This document shows positions 28,681 to 43,278 of a DNA stretch of 64,000 nt, in pieces (position 1 is the first letter of the stretch; each line of letters opens with the position of its first letter). The position numbers and the translations under genes are program-made. A model generated the notes under the pieces. The model searched no databases and was not told the DNA's origin. It saw only the letters and a list, made by a program, of their open reading frames with translations. Location of the stretch: contig OX597823.1 in the NCBI GenBank assembly GCA_951406725.2, positions 2,480,001 to 2,544,000 of the forward strand, given 5' to 3'. This DNA is from Octopus vulgaris (Eukaryota).

Positions 28681-28889
28681 ATTTTCCGCTTTTAAAAATT
28701 AGATTGTTTATATAATTAATAATTTTATCTTAACAAAATTTTACTACAAACACACACACACATGCATATGTTTATAATTATATCATTAAAATGCCTATTT
28801 AATAATATTTTACATACACACATATGTACTAAAGAAAAGACGGATATGTATGTAGTTAAATATCATGACTGATAAGCAGGCAGATACAT

Positions 28890-29127
<238 letters not shown>

Positions 29128-29224
29128 CAAACATAAACAGTAAATATGCAAGTAGATAGTTATGAAAAGCGGGAAAATATTCCATTTAATTCCTATATGC
29201 AACCTTATCGAAAAACGTCCATAC

Positions 29225-29335
29225 CTGGTAGAAGAGTGTGGATGAAACAAATAAATCTTGATTCTTGTATGTTCCAGAAAAAAAATTCTTAGCCTACGAT
29301 GTCGATTGGATGTTTCTTTTAGAAGTTATGAATTG
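29225..29335 (-). other. Candidate non-coding 5'UTR exon of the lipoxygenase-like gene
   Basis: Strong acceptor ttttttcttttctatttcag and donor CAG|gtatgg; 111 nt, no ATG, stops in all three frames. Confidence 0.45.
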
Positions 29336-29377
29336 CTGAAATAGAAAAGAAAAAAATTGAATATGAGGAAAATTATA

Positions 29378-29413
<36 letters not shown>

Positions 29414-29503
29414 TATATATAAAAACATACATATATATATATATATATATATAAATTCCTCTATTTACATAACATCGAGGTCTCATTCATTCTTTTGTTA
29501 TCA

Positions 29504-29610
<107 letters not shown>

Positions 29611-32600
29611 GTAAAACACGAAGACGAACGTAACATTTCCAATAAAAACTATGTAAACAAAAAACAACAAACCCAGACCGTAAGAGGATGCATAATAATG
29701 CACGACAAGCAGCAAGCCAAAATACGACAGGCAGACATACGAACGCGAAATAAAGCGACACAAATCTAAAACCTGGAAACAACGAAGGGAGCCTAAAGAT
29801 TATGATACTATAAAAAGTAGAATAATCAAAGAACTGAAAAACTCAGATCTCAAAATGGACCACCGACCATACCTCCCAAAAATCAAAATAGACAAAAAAA
29901 CAACATCAATTATAAATAGCATAAACCTGGCCGTCACAGAACTAATAGCCACTAAAACAAATAGCGATATCACTTAGCTAAATGACATAATATATGCAGC
30001 AGCCACTGCAGCCACAATAGAAGCTGGATACTCCCTCAAACCCATCCAAACAGGAGTACCACCAAACAAACCCTGTAGATAAATAACATCTCCAAAAAAT
30101 ACAAAAAATGAGAAAAGATCTGTCGATTCTTAATGAAATCAGTAGACAATCAACGCTACTAAGAAACAAAAAGAAAACAAAAGTACTGTGCAAATACAAC
30201 ATCACAGAAAAAGATTTACCTGAGATAAAAGAAAAGCTAAAGCAAGATATCCTTGCCAAAGCACAAAGGATCCGCCGGTATGAGAAACGCCAACGTTTCT
30301 TTGAACAAAACAAACAGTTCAACTCCAATCCCAAAAAGTTCTACCAAAAACTTGGCAAAAAATAAAAATAGACATCACTGCAGCACCAACGGCAGAAGAA
30401 GTGGAAGAATTCTGTTAAGAAACATGGTCGGCGAATGAACAACCCCAAAAAAGGAGTATTAAAACAACAAACATAGCATCTGAGCAACTTTGGACCCCCA
30501 TAACAACTGAAAGCTCACCCATGCACTGCAAAGACTAAGCAACTGGAAGGCACCTGGGCATGACAAGATCCCCAGCTTCTGGTTGAAATATCTTACAGGA
30601 ATGCACAAAAAGCTGGCTGAAAACTTTAACGACATACTAGCAGAGCCAGAGACAATGCCTGAATGGCTCACGAAGGGGAAAACCATCTTAATACCCAAAT
30701 CCAATGAGACAGCAAAACCAGAAAACTACAGACCTTTAACCTGTCTCCCTACAATGTACAAAGCATTCACTGCAGTAATATAACAAAGATTGAACAAGCA
30801 CCTGGACGAAAACAACCTGTTTCCAGAAGAGCAGAAAGGATGCCGCAAAGGCTCATATGGCTGTAAAGATCAACTATTGATTAATAAAGCAATAACTGAA
30901 GACAGCCACAAAAAGAAGAAAGGCCTCAGTATGGCCTGGATCGACTACAGAAAGGCGTTTGATAGCATCCCCCACACATGGATCCTCGAAACACTAGCCA
31001 TTAACAAAGTAGCACCAACAATTATAAAATACATAGGACACTTTATGAATAAATGGCAAACAGTGCTACAGCTCCAAACAAAAGAGGGACTCGTGAAAAC
31101 CAAAGCCATCCCCATTAGAAGAGGAATATCCAGGGAGACACGCTCTCTCCACTCCTTTTCTGCTTGGCACTGTCACCTCTATATGATATGCTAGATAGAA
31201 CTGGATGCAGATATAAATGTTACGGCAAAACGATCAGCCACCTTTTATATATGGATGACCTAAAACTGTACGCTGCAAATTACAAACAGCTAGAAACACA
31301 ATTAAAGACAGTTCATGGAATCACCAAAGAAATAGATATGAAATTTGGAATAGAAAAATGCGTCAAATTAACCCTGAAGAGAGGAAAACTAGTTAAGAGT
31401 AGCAACATCACACTAGATAAAGCCAATGAAATAAAAGAACTAGACCAAAGCCAAACTTACAAATATTTAGGAATCCATGAACTAGATACGATGCAACACA
31501 CACAAATGAAAGAGAAAATAAAAAAAGAATATTATAGACGAGTTAGATCAATACTAAAAGCAGAGCTCAATGCTAAAAACAAGATAATAGGTATTAACAC
31601 TTTAGCCGTCCCAGTTATAAGTTACAGCTACAATATCCTTAACTGGACACTAATGAACTAAGCAAAATAGATAGGAAAACAAGAAAAATAATGACAGGAT
31701 CTAGGATGCACCGCCCAAAATCTGACATAGAAAGACTATATATACAACGTATAGAAGGTGGTAGAGGCCTTATACAGCTGGAAAACTACTATAAAATAAC
31801 CACCATCGGACTGCAAAAATACCTACTTCAGAAGCAAGGAAAACTGATACAAATAGCGGCAAAACACGAGCAAAACAAAAAACTGTTCTCAGTATTTAAG
31901 GAAGCTGACAAATACAAACAAGAAATCATACCTCCTAACAAATATGAAGAAGAAGAAGATGAAGAAAAAGAAGAAGAAGAAGAAGAAGAAGAAGAAGAAG
32001 AAGAAGAAGAAGAAGAAGAAGAAGAAGAAGAAGAAGAAGAAGAAGAAGAAGAAGAAGAAGATACAACAAAAGCTATAAAACAAATGAAATCCAAACTAAA
32101 ACTAGAACAGCAACGGACCATGATAAAACGATGGCAAGAAAAACTAAATGCAAATGAAATAGATAAAGAAAAATCCCAGCAATGGTTGAGAAGCTCAGGA
32201 CTCAAAGCAGAGACGGAAGGATTTTTAATTACAGCACAAGACCAAAGCCTCCCCACCAGAAATTACCAAAAACATGTAATGAAAAGAAATATAACAAGTA
32301 ACTGCAGAATATGTGGAGATGGACAAGAAACAATAAATCATATTATCTCTGGCTGCCCAGTCCTGGCTAAGAAGGAATATATTCACAGACACGACAGAGT
32401 TGGGACCTACATACACTGGAAGCTATGCCAACATTATGGAATAACAACAGAAAAAGATGGTGTAGGCACACACCAGAAAAAGTTACAGAAAACGAGAAAA
32501 CAACAATACTCTGGGATATGCCAATACACACAGATAAAGAAATGAAGGCCAACAGACCAGATATAGTTGTCAGAGATCATGAAGAAAAAATGCTTTCTAA

Positions 32601-32962
32601 TTGATGTATCAATACCGGAAGATGACGACGTGTCTCTAAAAGAAATGGAGAAACTTTCTAATTACAAAGACCCAGAAATAGAGGTAACTAGAATGTGGAA
32701 TCTAAAAACAGAAACAATTCCTATCATAGTAGGCGAATTAGGCATGATTAAAAAGTATTTATACAAATACATAACAAAAACACCAGGACTAGCAAATATA
32801 TATAACATACAGAAAATTGCACTACTGGGCACTGCACACATCCTACGCAAAACACTTTCAATACAATGAGAGTAAGAGCACCACAGCAAATCACAGCACA
32901 TACCCAAGGCACACAGAGCTGCGCTCGGTAGTGAAGTGAAAGCAGCTATAACATTAAAACTA

Positions 32963-32965
<3 letters not shown>
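29611..32965 (+). mobile_element. R4/Dong-clade non-LTR retrotransposon inserted in (TAA)n
   Basis: NWKAPG, NYRPLTCL, EEQKGC, YMDDLKL, CRICG..ETINHIISGC, RHD and NRPDIVV (RT + CCHC + restriction-like endonuclease). (TAA)n on both sides at 29544-29610 and 32966-33023. Confidence 0.92.
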
Positions 32966-33027
<62 letters not shown>

Positions 33028-33369
33028 CAAAATTTACCAAATTTATGAAAGGAGATAAATTCTACCACATATCTTGAAGTAAATTACGTAATAGCTTCTG
33101 GGTAAACAGCATTCATTGTTTTCTGGTTTGGAGCAGAGATAAATAAGTTTTGCAAATTACCAACCCAGACGCATGTACATAGCCACCCAAACCCATACCC
33201 ATAGACACACTCAAATACTCACACGCACACACACATATATACGCACACACACATATATACGCACACACACATATATACGCACACACACAACACACAAATA
33301 TGCACACACTCGCACTCGCATACATATATACACACACACGTACATACATACATACAGACAGACATATAT

Positions 33370-34070
33370 ACATACGTGTGTATGCACATGCACACTGACG
33401 CACGCACATGCGCACAACCAAACAAACAAAAAGAACGCAGCTTCAATAACGGACAGAGTCAACAACTATTGGGGAGGTTACAAGAAGCAGCGAAAATTTT
33501 AGATGGAAAATAATAAATGAGTGGAAATGGAACCGGTGAGTGTGTCGAGGAATAAGACACAAGACATTAAAGCAGAATTACTCTGCCCAGTTACAACACA
33601 CACACACACACACAGATACACACACACAAACACATATGTATGTATGTATGTATGTATATACACAAAGGGATTTGTATGATTGTGTATAGAAGAATATATT
33701 ACTCAAGTGAATTCCAACTCTGCTATTCACGTTTTATTTATATTCTTATATAGGATATAAAATAATATAGTAAAAATAAATGAAATGAAGTATTGTCTGT
33801 TCTTATTGAACAAATGAAATATTAAATATTAAATATATGTTGTGACTGGGGAGGGTCATATTGTCTATGCCTTAATATCCATCACACTCACCGGTTTCAT
33901 TTCTGATCATTCATTATCGATATTTCTTCTTCCAAAATTCTCGTTGCTTTTGCAAGCTTGTCGATGGATATTGACTCTGTCCGTTATTGGAGATGCGTTC
34001 TTCGTTGCCTGTTTGTGAGCATATGTGTGCGTCAGTGTGCATGTGTGCAAATGTGCTTGTGTATGCACAT
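33370..34070. repeat. Diverged inverted repeat pair (about 33370-33545 and 33883-34070)
   Basis: Shared blocks caataacggacagagtcaa and aaccggtgagtgtg in opposite orientation. Confidence 0.75.
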
Positions 34071-34259
34071 GCATGCAATTATGCATATATGTATGAAAGT
34101 ATGTATGCATGTATGTATACATATATACATGTATACACATATACATACACATTTGCGGTGTGTGTGTGTGTTCTTGCTTGTCCGTATTACCTATGTACCT
34201 ATCTATTTCTACTTAACTATGTATCTATCTGTTTATTTACATATCCATTTATCTACCTA

Positions 34260-34300
<41 letters not shown>

Positions 34301-34636
34301 AAGTGGAGTTGTAAGGTATATATATATATATATATATATACGCACGTATAATGGTATTTTCTATATAAGCTTAAAGTTTATGACGATCACTGTGCAATGA
34401 CTAAGGAAGATATTCTAATAAAGGGGCATATATACCCTCGACAGAAAAAAAGGGGAGCTTTTCTATCCGCGTAGGAGTCGAACCTATATCCCTTTGTTAA
34501 CGCGACAAAGTGTGTTACCTTTGCACAAGTGAATCAGCCTCCCCATTTAAGTCAATTTTACCATTATTATTATTTACAGGATTGTAAAAACGGCGCCGTA
34601 TAAAAAAACATTCGCACCGAAGGCATATACATATAT

Positions 34637-35066
34637 ATTAAGTTGGAAACTAAGTTCCCGCCGTTTATTCAAATTTTGGAATCTATTTTTTTTTCGAGAA
34701 TTCTATTTTTAAATCATTTTGGAATCTATTTTGTTTGTTTGTTTTTCTAGTTAATTTTAGTTACTTTTTGTTTATTTTCAGATCATTAAAATGGAATGTC
34801 AAGTTAAGAAAAACGAGCATTTTCGACACCTCCTTCTTTTTGCATTTAATCAAGATTCTAAGGCTTCAAAAGCTGCTCGCGACATTTATGCTGTGTATGG
34901 AGAGGGTGCCATCGCCGAAAGTACCGCTCGTGATTGGTATGCCAAGTTCAAAAATATAAATTTTAACCTCAAAGACGCACCTCATTCTGGCCGTCCAGTT
35001 GAGTTCGATGAAGAGCGATTAAACCAACTTTTGCACGAAACTTCTCGTCAAACGACAAGGGAACTC
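34637..35066 (+). mobile_element. 5' part of a mariner of the same family as 26931-28193
   Basis: MECQVKKNEHFRHLLLFAF HTH region and TIR-like gttggaaactaagtt; truncated by a PLE fragment. Confidence 0.88.
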
Positions 35067-35990
35067 CAGCGCTTTGTTTCTTCCCTGCCGAGGGGATGGT
35101 GAGTGCTCTTCCCCTCTGTGACCTGGTGGGGCAGAATCTACTAAGGTCATGGTTGTCTAGATAGTTACAGTCATAGCTTAATTTAAGGAGGAGGCGCAGT
35201 TCCCTCTTGTTGACTTCACGGAACTCTACTTAACTCTCACAGATAGTCTCAATGCGTTTCTCCACAGCAAAATCTATGTCTATAGATGGGTAGAGTGAAA
35301 TTACATCCACACTACCCACTACACAACCTGTCGTTGGAGTGGTTGCAACTACTGATTCTATTGAGGAGATCCTCCGGGCTCATACAGGCATCTAGGAACA
35401 TTTCAGTGAGTGGTCGTAACACCTGTGAGAGGAAGTAAGATAGCCTATAATTGCTGGAGATATTCGCTCCGCAAACTGGCTGGGTTGGCGGCCCCAAAAT
35501 AGGGTTTAGGTAGGGTTTATGGTCTATTCATAACCCGACATCGTTATTGAATGCTTGGAAATTTTGTGCAGTCTTTTTCCAGGGTGAAAGTGTGTTGCAC
35601 CACATTCCCATGTGTGCATTGAGGAGTTTTTCCACTCTTTCATGTTCCTGTGGTGCAACTTCTCTCATGCTATTGATGAGTTGTTGCATGGTTTGGACAT
35701 AGTTCTGTGAGATGTCTATTGACAGTCTGCCAGGCTTGTCCGTAGGGAGGCACACTAATTCCCTGTTCATAATTCGCTGTTTCAGCTTTTGTAGGCCTTT
35801 GGCGACGAATGAACTGAGTTGGTGGGCCAACCCCTCATTATGCTTTTTAGTGGTTTTGTTGTATCGGTCCAAGATGAATCGGAGTCTATTTCTAGCTAAA
35901 GAAATGTTTGCCTCTGTGTCGCTGTCATTCAACCCTTGTGTTGAAGGGTAAATCTGTGGGGTAGATCCTCGTCGTGTCGTACGATTTGGC
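35067..35990 (-). mobile_element. Penelope-like RT fragment related to the 56409 element
   Basis: PTDKPGRL, PVCGANISSNYRLSYFLS, SLYPSIDIDFAVEK. Confidence 0.85.
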
Positions 35991-36178
35991 GTTGGAGTTA
36001 TAGAAGGCAGAGTCTAGGGTGCTACCGCTATCACTACTGTTGCAGCAGTTATTGTTGTTGTTGCTGGTGTTGTGTTCATTGTCGATGTTGTTATTGATGT
36101 TGTTGTTGAGGTTGTTGTTGCTGGTGGTGTTGATAGTGACAGGCACATAGACTGATAGATAGAGATTAGATGTGTGTA

Positions 36179-36228
<50 letters not shown>

Positions 36229-36242
36229 CATACGCATATACG

Positions 36243-36281
<39 letters not shown>

Positions 36282-36792
36282 AACTACACACACACATATG
36301 TATAAGTACATATATACAAACAAACACAAATATATACGCACATACGTATGTACGTAATATATACATACATAAATACATACATGCATGCATACATACATCG
36401 TAAATGCATGCAGGTATACATACACAAATGGGGGCTTGGGATATGTAACACACTGCCTAAATACCGATCTTGAGAAATTAGGCTTCTCAAAACCATAAGA
36501 CTAAAGTTCCAATCCATCACTGGAACTGTAAAAATCTGTAAAACTTTCCAGAAGTTTATCATTTAAATATATATGAGCATGTTTATATATGTAGCTATAT
36601 GCATGAGAATACACAGATAAAGCAAAACATAAAATATGCACATATACATACAAACAAAAATACCCCGTTAATGATGTTCAAATTCCAATGAAGGAGGCTT
36701 GAATCTAGGTCAGAAACCAGCTCTTTCTCTATTGGCAAGAAATATTGAAATAAAACTGAACACTGGCATACATACATACATACATACATACA

Positions 36793-36823
<31 letters not shown>

Positions 36824-38009
36824 GCTCTGGTGTTGAAATCAGCTGCCCTCTGGACACCAATGTGCTCAGAAAAAACATAAGAGAAAGAGGATATTTATGG
36901 ACAATAGTTACGCAGGTTACAAATCCAGTACCCAAGATACACTTTCAGTTTCATACGTATTATTGTTCGAACAACAGGATTCATACTATCTCCTCTTAGC
37001 TTGGGTTCTTAAAGAGAGAACGCAAATTCTTAATTCATACTCTATAAATAATCTTCATATCCGGGGCTTAAAAAATTCTGCAAGACCTTAGCAATTAAAG
37101 TATGATGGTTAAAACCAGATACATTCCTTCACAAACTTGCTTCTTTTATAGCTGGTTTGGTTACTGCTTGTAGCCGCGTTTCCTTATCCTTTGTGTAACG
37201 CTACATGTATATGTTTCCTATTTGGAATTAGATAATAAATATATTTTACTTTTGAAGTAGGAATATATATTGATAAACACGTCACTTATAGCTTACTTAT
37301 AAGTGTTATCCTTATAGATAAATCCTGACTCCAGCTACATAAACACCATAGCGAGAAATATATACTCTGAAACGCTAACGAACATTTTATGCGTGCATGT
37401 ATGTTGAAGATAAACAAATTGGTGTTCTTTTAACTGCTATAAAAAAACAGTTTTACAATTGCAGAAATAAATTTCATTAACAAGTTGAAGAACGTGAAGA
37501 AAGAGAAAATAATTACTACATTATTTAATTAATGTGCTTTTAGCATTTATAGTACAATTGGAAAGTAAAGTCATTTTGTCGCAAAGAATTACGACTTAAA
37601 ATTCACACTAGCTAATCCTTCATACTAACTGCTAGAGTTTACAACAATTTAACATAAGTCTTGTTGGATCTTTATCATAGACATGGCATAAAGAATAGCC
37701 AATATCTCAAGGAGTGAGTGTCGTGGAGTTTAGCAATATTCCTACGAACACTGAGTAATCTCCCAAAAATCAGGGTTTTTATAACTGCTCATATCCGAAT
37801 TCTAAGATCCGAACCGGTATTTCGTGAAAGATTTCTTTGACGAAAGTTTAGAATTCGTATATGGGAAATAATTTTAACCAATGGGATTACCAACAATTAG
37901 GCTTGTTCGGGCAAACGACCATCACATCATATTGCCGCCTTTTATAACTTGCTACACGACTAAGGAGGTGGTCGGTCAAAGTTTACTTTGAATTAAAAGT
38001 GAAAAAGAA

Positions 38010-38336
38010 ATCATACACACACACACACATACACACATACACACATACATACATGCATACATGCATACATGCATACATACATACATACATACATACATAC
38101 ATGCATACATACATACATACATACATACACACATACGTACATACATGCATACACACATACATACATACATACATACATACATACATACATACATACATAC
38201 ATACATACATACATACACACACACATACATACATGCACACATACATACATACATACACACACATACATACATACATACACACATACATACATACATACAT
38301 ACATGAGCACATACATACATACATACACACATACAT

Positions 38337-38369
<33 letters not shown>

Positions 38370-38471
38370 TACATACATGCACACATACATACATACATAC
38401 ATACACACACATATACATACATACATACACATATACATACATACATGCATACATACACACATACATACATG

Positions 38472-38503
<32 letters not shown>

Positions 38504-38798
38504 CATACATACATGCATACATACACACATACATACATACATGCGTACATACATACATACATTCATACATACACACATACATACATACACACATGCACAC
38601 ATACATACATACATACATACATACATACATACATACATACACACATACATAAATGCACACATACATACATACACACATACATACATACTTACATACATGC
38701 ATACATACACCAATACATACATGCATACATACATACATACATACATACATACATACATACATACATACATACATACATACATACATACATACATACAT
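38010..38798. repeat. Long degenerate (TACA)n microsatellite
   Basis: About 790 bp of TACA/CACA units. Confidence 0.95.
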
Positions 38799-39057
38799 AA
38801 TCTCGGCTCTTTAGGGAAAGCTGTAAATATCTAGGTTATACTTCCCACACAAGGAAGTATTGATGCCATGTGAGGCTCGTATTGTGACACCGAAGCGTCA
38901 GTTACAGTAGATGAAAGTGATCCGTGACCGTGAGATTTGAGACCATGAAATCAATAACATGATTAGAATTGCTAATGAACTTGAGGAGAGCTATGAATTA
39001 AGGACATTAGTAAAATCTATTTATCAGAAAAGCAAAATGAAAGAATGGACATATTCG

Positions 39058-39453
39058 TTTTTACTCTAGGCACAAGGCCCGAAATTTTGAGGGAGGGAGG
39101 CCAATCGATTAGACCGACCCCAGTACGCAACTGGTACTTAATTTATCGACCCAGAAAGGATGAAAGGCAAAGTCAACCTCGGCGGAATTTGAACTCAGAA
39201 CGTAAAGACAGGCGACATACCTATTTCTTTATTACCCACAAGGGGCTAAACACAGAGGGGACAAACAAGGACAGACATAGGTATTAAGTCGATTACATCG
39301 ACCCCAGTGCGTAACTGGTACTGAATTTATCGACCCCGAAAGGATGAAAGGCAAAGTCGACCTCGGCGGAATTCGAACTCACAACGTAACGCAGACGAAA
39401 TACCGCTAAGCATTTCGCCCGGCGTGCTAACGTTCCTGCCAGCTCGCCGCCTT
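39058..39453 (-). mobile_element. tRNA-derived SINE, dimeric or tandem arrangement
   Basis: Two copies of atttatcgacccc.aaaggatgaaaggcaaagtc.acctcggcggaatt.gaactc; head aaggcggcgagctggcagg. Confidence 0.82.
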
Positions 39454-39559
39454 AAGAATGGATATATTTACTGAGAAGGTTGTACATTTGTATTTGGCAC
39501 GTAAAACACAAACCATAGAAAGGATTGATCATGTCAAAAGCTCGGTATGGTGTACCGAC

Positions 39560-40230
39560 AAGTTTATGACATCTCACTTTGAAGGCTGCTTCCATTGTAA
39601 TTCAAGAACAAAAGATCCCCACCAAGTATCTACTGAGTAAAGGGCGGAAAGCATTGACAGACAATAAATGTGAGCTGTGCAAAACCAAGACTGAAGACAT
39701 CAACCACATTATTGTCAACTGTGAGAGAATGTCTTCTTATGCGGCATGATATGATGGAGAGAAAAATCTGGAAGAAGATAAGAAAAGAAAACACCCACAG
39801 ACGAAATTGACTATATTAAGGTGGATGGGTGAAAAGAATATTAGTGGAACTTATAAATTCTAACAGCCACCAACTTACAATACAATCAACCAGATATTGT
39901 CGCATGAGACCATAAAGAAAAGATATGTTCTGTTGTAGAAATCAGCTGCACCCTGGACACCGATGTGGTTAGAAAAATACAAGAGAAAGAGGACATCTAT
40001 GGATCATAGATAAAGAATTTGCAAATATAGTACCCAATACAGACTTTTAGCTTCATGCTCATTATTATTGTAATAACAGGATACACACCAACCCATCTGG
40101 AGCAAAGCATGGCTGAACTTGAGATCTCGGGGAGAGAGCGTAAATCCTTATTCACATCCTACAAATGATCACGACGTGTGAAACTAAATGAAATTTGCAA
40201 AATCCTTCTTAAGATTTAACAGATGACGAG
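39560..40230 (+). mobile_element. Degenerate R4/Dong-like 3' fragment
   Basis: CELCKTKTEDINHII.NC and NQPDIV. A related small piece lies at about 36820-36960. Confidence 0.65.
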
Positions 40231-40335
40231 CAAAACAAGATGCTTTCCGTTATTAAGAGGGTGGCCGGTCAAAACTTAAAAAGGGTGAAACAAAACATAC
40301 ATCCATACACACAAACGCAAACGAAACAAACTTAC

Positions 40336-40415
40336 CTTCTGAGTTGCTGAACCACAACGAATTGCGAAGCTGTCTGCAAATGCGCTCAAGATGTAAAGCG
40401 CACGACTTTTATATA
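40336..40415 (-). promoter_or_regulatory. Candidate TATA box and short first exon
   Basis: Minus strand TATATAAAAG at 40415-40406, then consensus donor AAG|GTAAGT after 40336, in unique sequence on the same strand as the lipoxygenase-like exons. Confidence 0.5.
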
Positions 40416-40431
40416 CGCTGTTACTGCAACC

Positions 40432-40466
<35 letters not shown>

Positions 40467-40518
40467 CAACAGCACTTCCAACAATACCATTAACACCACC
40501 ACCACCTCTTTTACTACA

Positions 40519-40625
<107 letters not shown>

Positions 40626-40781
40626 CTCATTTCACACGTACACCGACACGCGGTCGTACAATGAAATACATACATGTGTAGGTGTCAGTTGTGTCTTTGC
40701 ATGTCAACCATAATATGCATATATATGTATGCATGTTTGTATGTGTCTAAGCATATATATACATATCCTATCTTTCTTCTT

Positions 40782-40812
<31 letters not shown>

Positions 40813-40949
40813 TTATTATTATTATGTTTATATCAATAATAACAATATAATTATACTTATAGTAATCTTCACTAGACCATACATATTATAATAGATTCTA
40901 ACATATCAGAAAATTACGAAACAAGATTAAACATATATTTGTATATATA

Positions 40950-41949
40950 TATATATAAAACTGAGAGTGTGTGTCTGTCTGACTGTCTGTATGTGTGCTT
41001 CCCTAAAACTTGAGAACTACACAACCAATTTCATTCAAATTTTACACATGCCTTACTTAGGGTCCATGTAGTTTCATAGGCAAAAAAATGTTCAACTTCT
41101 TGCCTAGAGCGAGCCCATAGCAATATCATATCTTCTCCACTATTTCAGTATTATGTGTTAAAAAGTGAAACAAAAATATTTCTCTATTTTATGTCAGATA
41201 CTTTCACTTTAACAATAAAAATTATAATAACAATTGAATTATATGTAGTAAGTGATAATTAAAATCATACTAAAGTATAATATAAGTAAAAATAGCAATT
41301 AGTATAAAATTGCATCAATGATTTGAAATTGAATAAGTGGTTTCACATGAATGGGAATAAATTAAAAATAAAATTAGCGTGCAGAAATGGAATAGTCCAG
41401 ATGGATGATAAAAAATTAAATTAAAGAAAAGACTATTGTCTATAAAGTATACAATGTGGAGAAAAAAGAGGATTCGAACACATGGAGGAAAGCACCTTCG
41501 AAAAGTGTCTTGGTGCGACTATGAAAGTTATCTAATCAGAGGCGGTAAATTCGCCACAATAGAAGCAAGGTTCGAGGGAGTACTCGACTCGAACTTGCAA
41601 AGTGGAAATGTTTTATTTTTACCTTTATATCTGGGATGTAGGACGTCCCGGAAAAAATGTTTTAATCCCCCCCCCGAAGTAGAGGTAGGCTGGATTGTAG
41701 CCACACTTCTATACAAGAGGGAGGACAAGATACAATTAATCGAAATTATAAGAGACGGGCTAACAATTCCAGTCTGTTATATATTTTGAGTATTGTTATC
41801 ACTAGCGATATCAAGATATAACTTTGTATTTTGTATTTTATGTGTAGATGTATATATATAGATGTACATGTAATATGTACATATATATACTTACACATAT
41901 ATACATGCACTAGCACTATGACCCGGCAACGACGGGTCTTTAATGCTAG
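40950..41949 (+). mobile_element. Non-autonomous Helitron-like element
   Basis: 5' tatataaaactgagagtgtgtgtctgtctg motif; 3' hairpin acccggcaacgacgggt followed by CTAG-T. Confidence 0.6.
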
Positions 41950-42009
41950 TATATATCTATATATTCATACATATAATATATGTATACAAATATAAATGAA
42001 TATAAACAT

Positions 42010-42011
42010 AT

Positions 42012-42083
<72 letters not shown>

Positions 42084-43278
42084 ATTTGGCTGAAAAGCAA
42101 ATAGCAAGGCCATGTAGGGGGACATGGAGTTAAGTACAGGGTGGTGTTCATGTAAAGAGTTCAGGCCACTTGAGGTCAAGGGAGGCTTTGAACAAAGCGG
42201 TCGTCGGCATCTTCACCATCTCGTCTGGCAGCTTGTTCCACGGATCCGCAACCCGGACGGAGAAAGCTCCTCTCCTTCGATTGAGATGAAATCGTCGCAG
42301 GTAGAGCTTTTCGGAATGACCCCGCAGCCGACGCTCTGGAGCCGGAGTGAAGAACAGCTCTTTCGAGAGTTTACACTTTCCGCTTATGATGTTGTGGGCG
42401 AGAATGAGATCACCACGGCGGCGGCGTTTTTCTAGAGAATAAAGGTCGAGCGTCCTCAGCCATTCTTCATAGGAAAAACTTTTGAGACCATGAACCATGC
42501 GGGTAGCCAGCTTGTGGACTCTTTCGAGATACTGTATGTCTTTGAGGAGATAAGGAGAAGAGGCTTGAATCCCGTACTCCAATATGGGTCTCACCAGCGC
42601 GACATAGAGTGGTAGGAATATGGCTGCTGTGAGCATTCCGAATGACCGTCGAATCAAGAACAGAATTCCACGTGCTTTGTTGGCAGCATGGACGCACTGG
42701 GCCGAAGGCGAAAAGGAGGAATCCACCAAGATACCCAGGTCCTTTACCTGATCGGTCCTCTCCAGCAGCAGACGACCCGGCTCGAAATCAAGTTGAGTTG
42801 CAGGAGGAGAGCCAACAGGCAGATGACAGCACTTTGACACGTTCAGACACAGGTCCCATTCGTTAGACCACCTCTAAATTTGGTGGAGGCATCGACGAAG
42901 ATCCTCTATATCACCGCGAGGAGCGACCAGTTTGACATCGTCGGCAAATAGAAGGGTGTGTTGCGTGAGGTCGTCGGGCAAGTCATTTATGAAGACTAAG
43001 AACAATAAGGGCCCAAGCACTGAACCTTGAGGCACGCCACTGCTCGCACTGGAGACGTCGGATCGCGAACCATTAACTTGGACTTGGAAGGAGCAATCTG
43101 AGAGGAAGGCACCAACCCATCGTACAATATCCGGATGGAAACTATATGCTTGAAGCTTGACAAGTAATAGGCGGTGGTTAACCGAGTCAAAAGCTTTGGC
43201 AAAGTCCAATAAAACGATGTCAACAGCATCACTATCATCGAGGATGCGCGTCACCAATTCTCCCATTACCAGTAACAT
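42010..43278 (-). mobile_element. 5'-truncated CR1/L2-group LINE with (CTAA)n tail
   Basis: LDFAKAFDSV, GVPQGSVLGP, FADDVK, VRPILEY, RRRRGDLI; (TTAG)n at 42012-42083. Confidence 0.92.

Noticed and set aside
37297-37366. Candidate extra minus-strand exon
   Set aside because: Splice-like ends are present but there is no recognisable peptide and no independent support.
42012-42083. (TTAG)n as a telomeric repeat
   Set aside because: It is not TTAGGG and sits exactly at the 3' end of a LINE as its tail.
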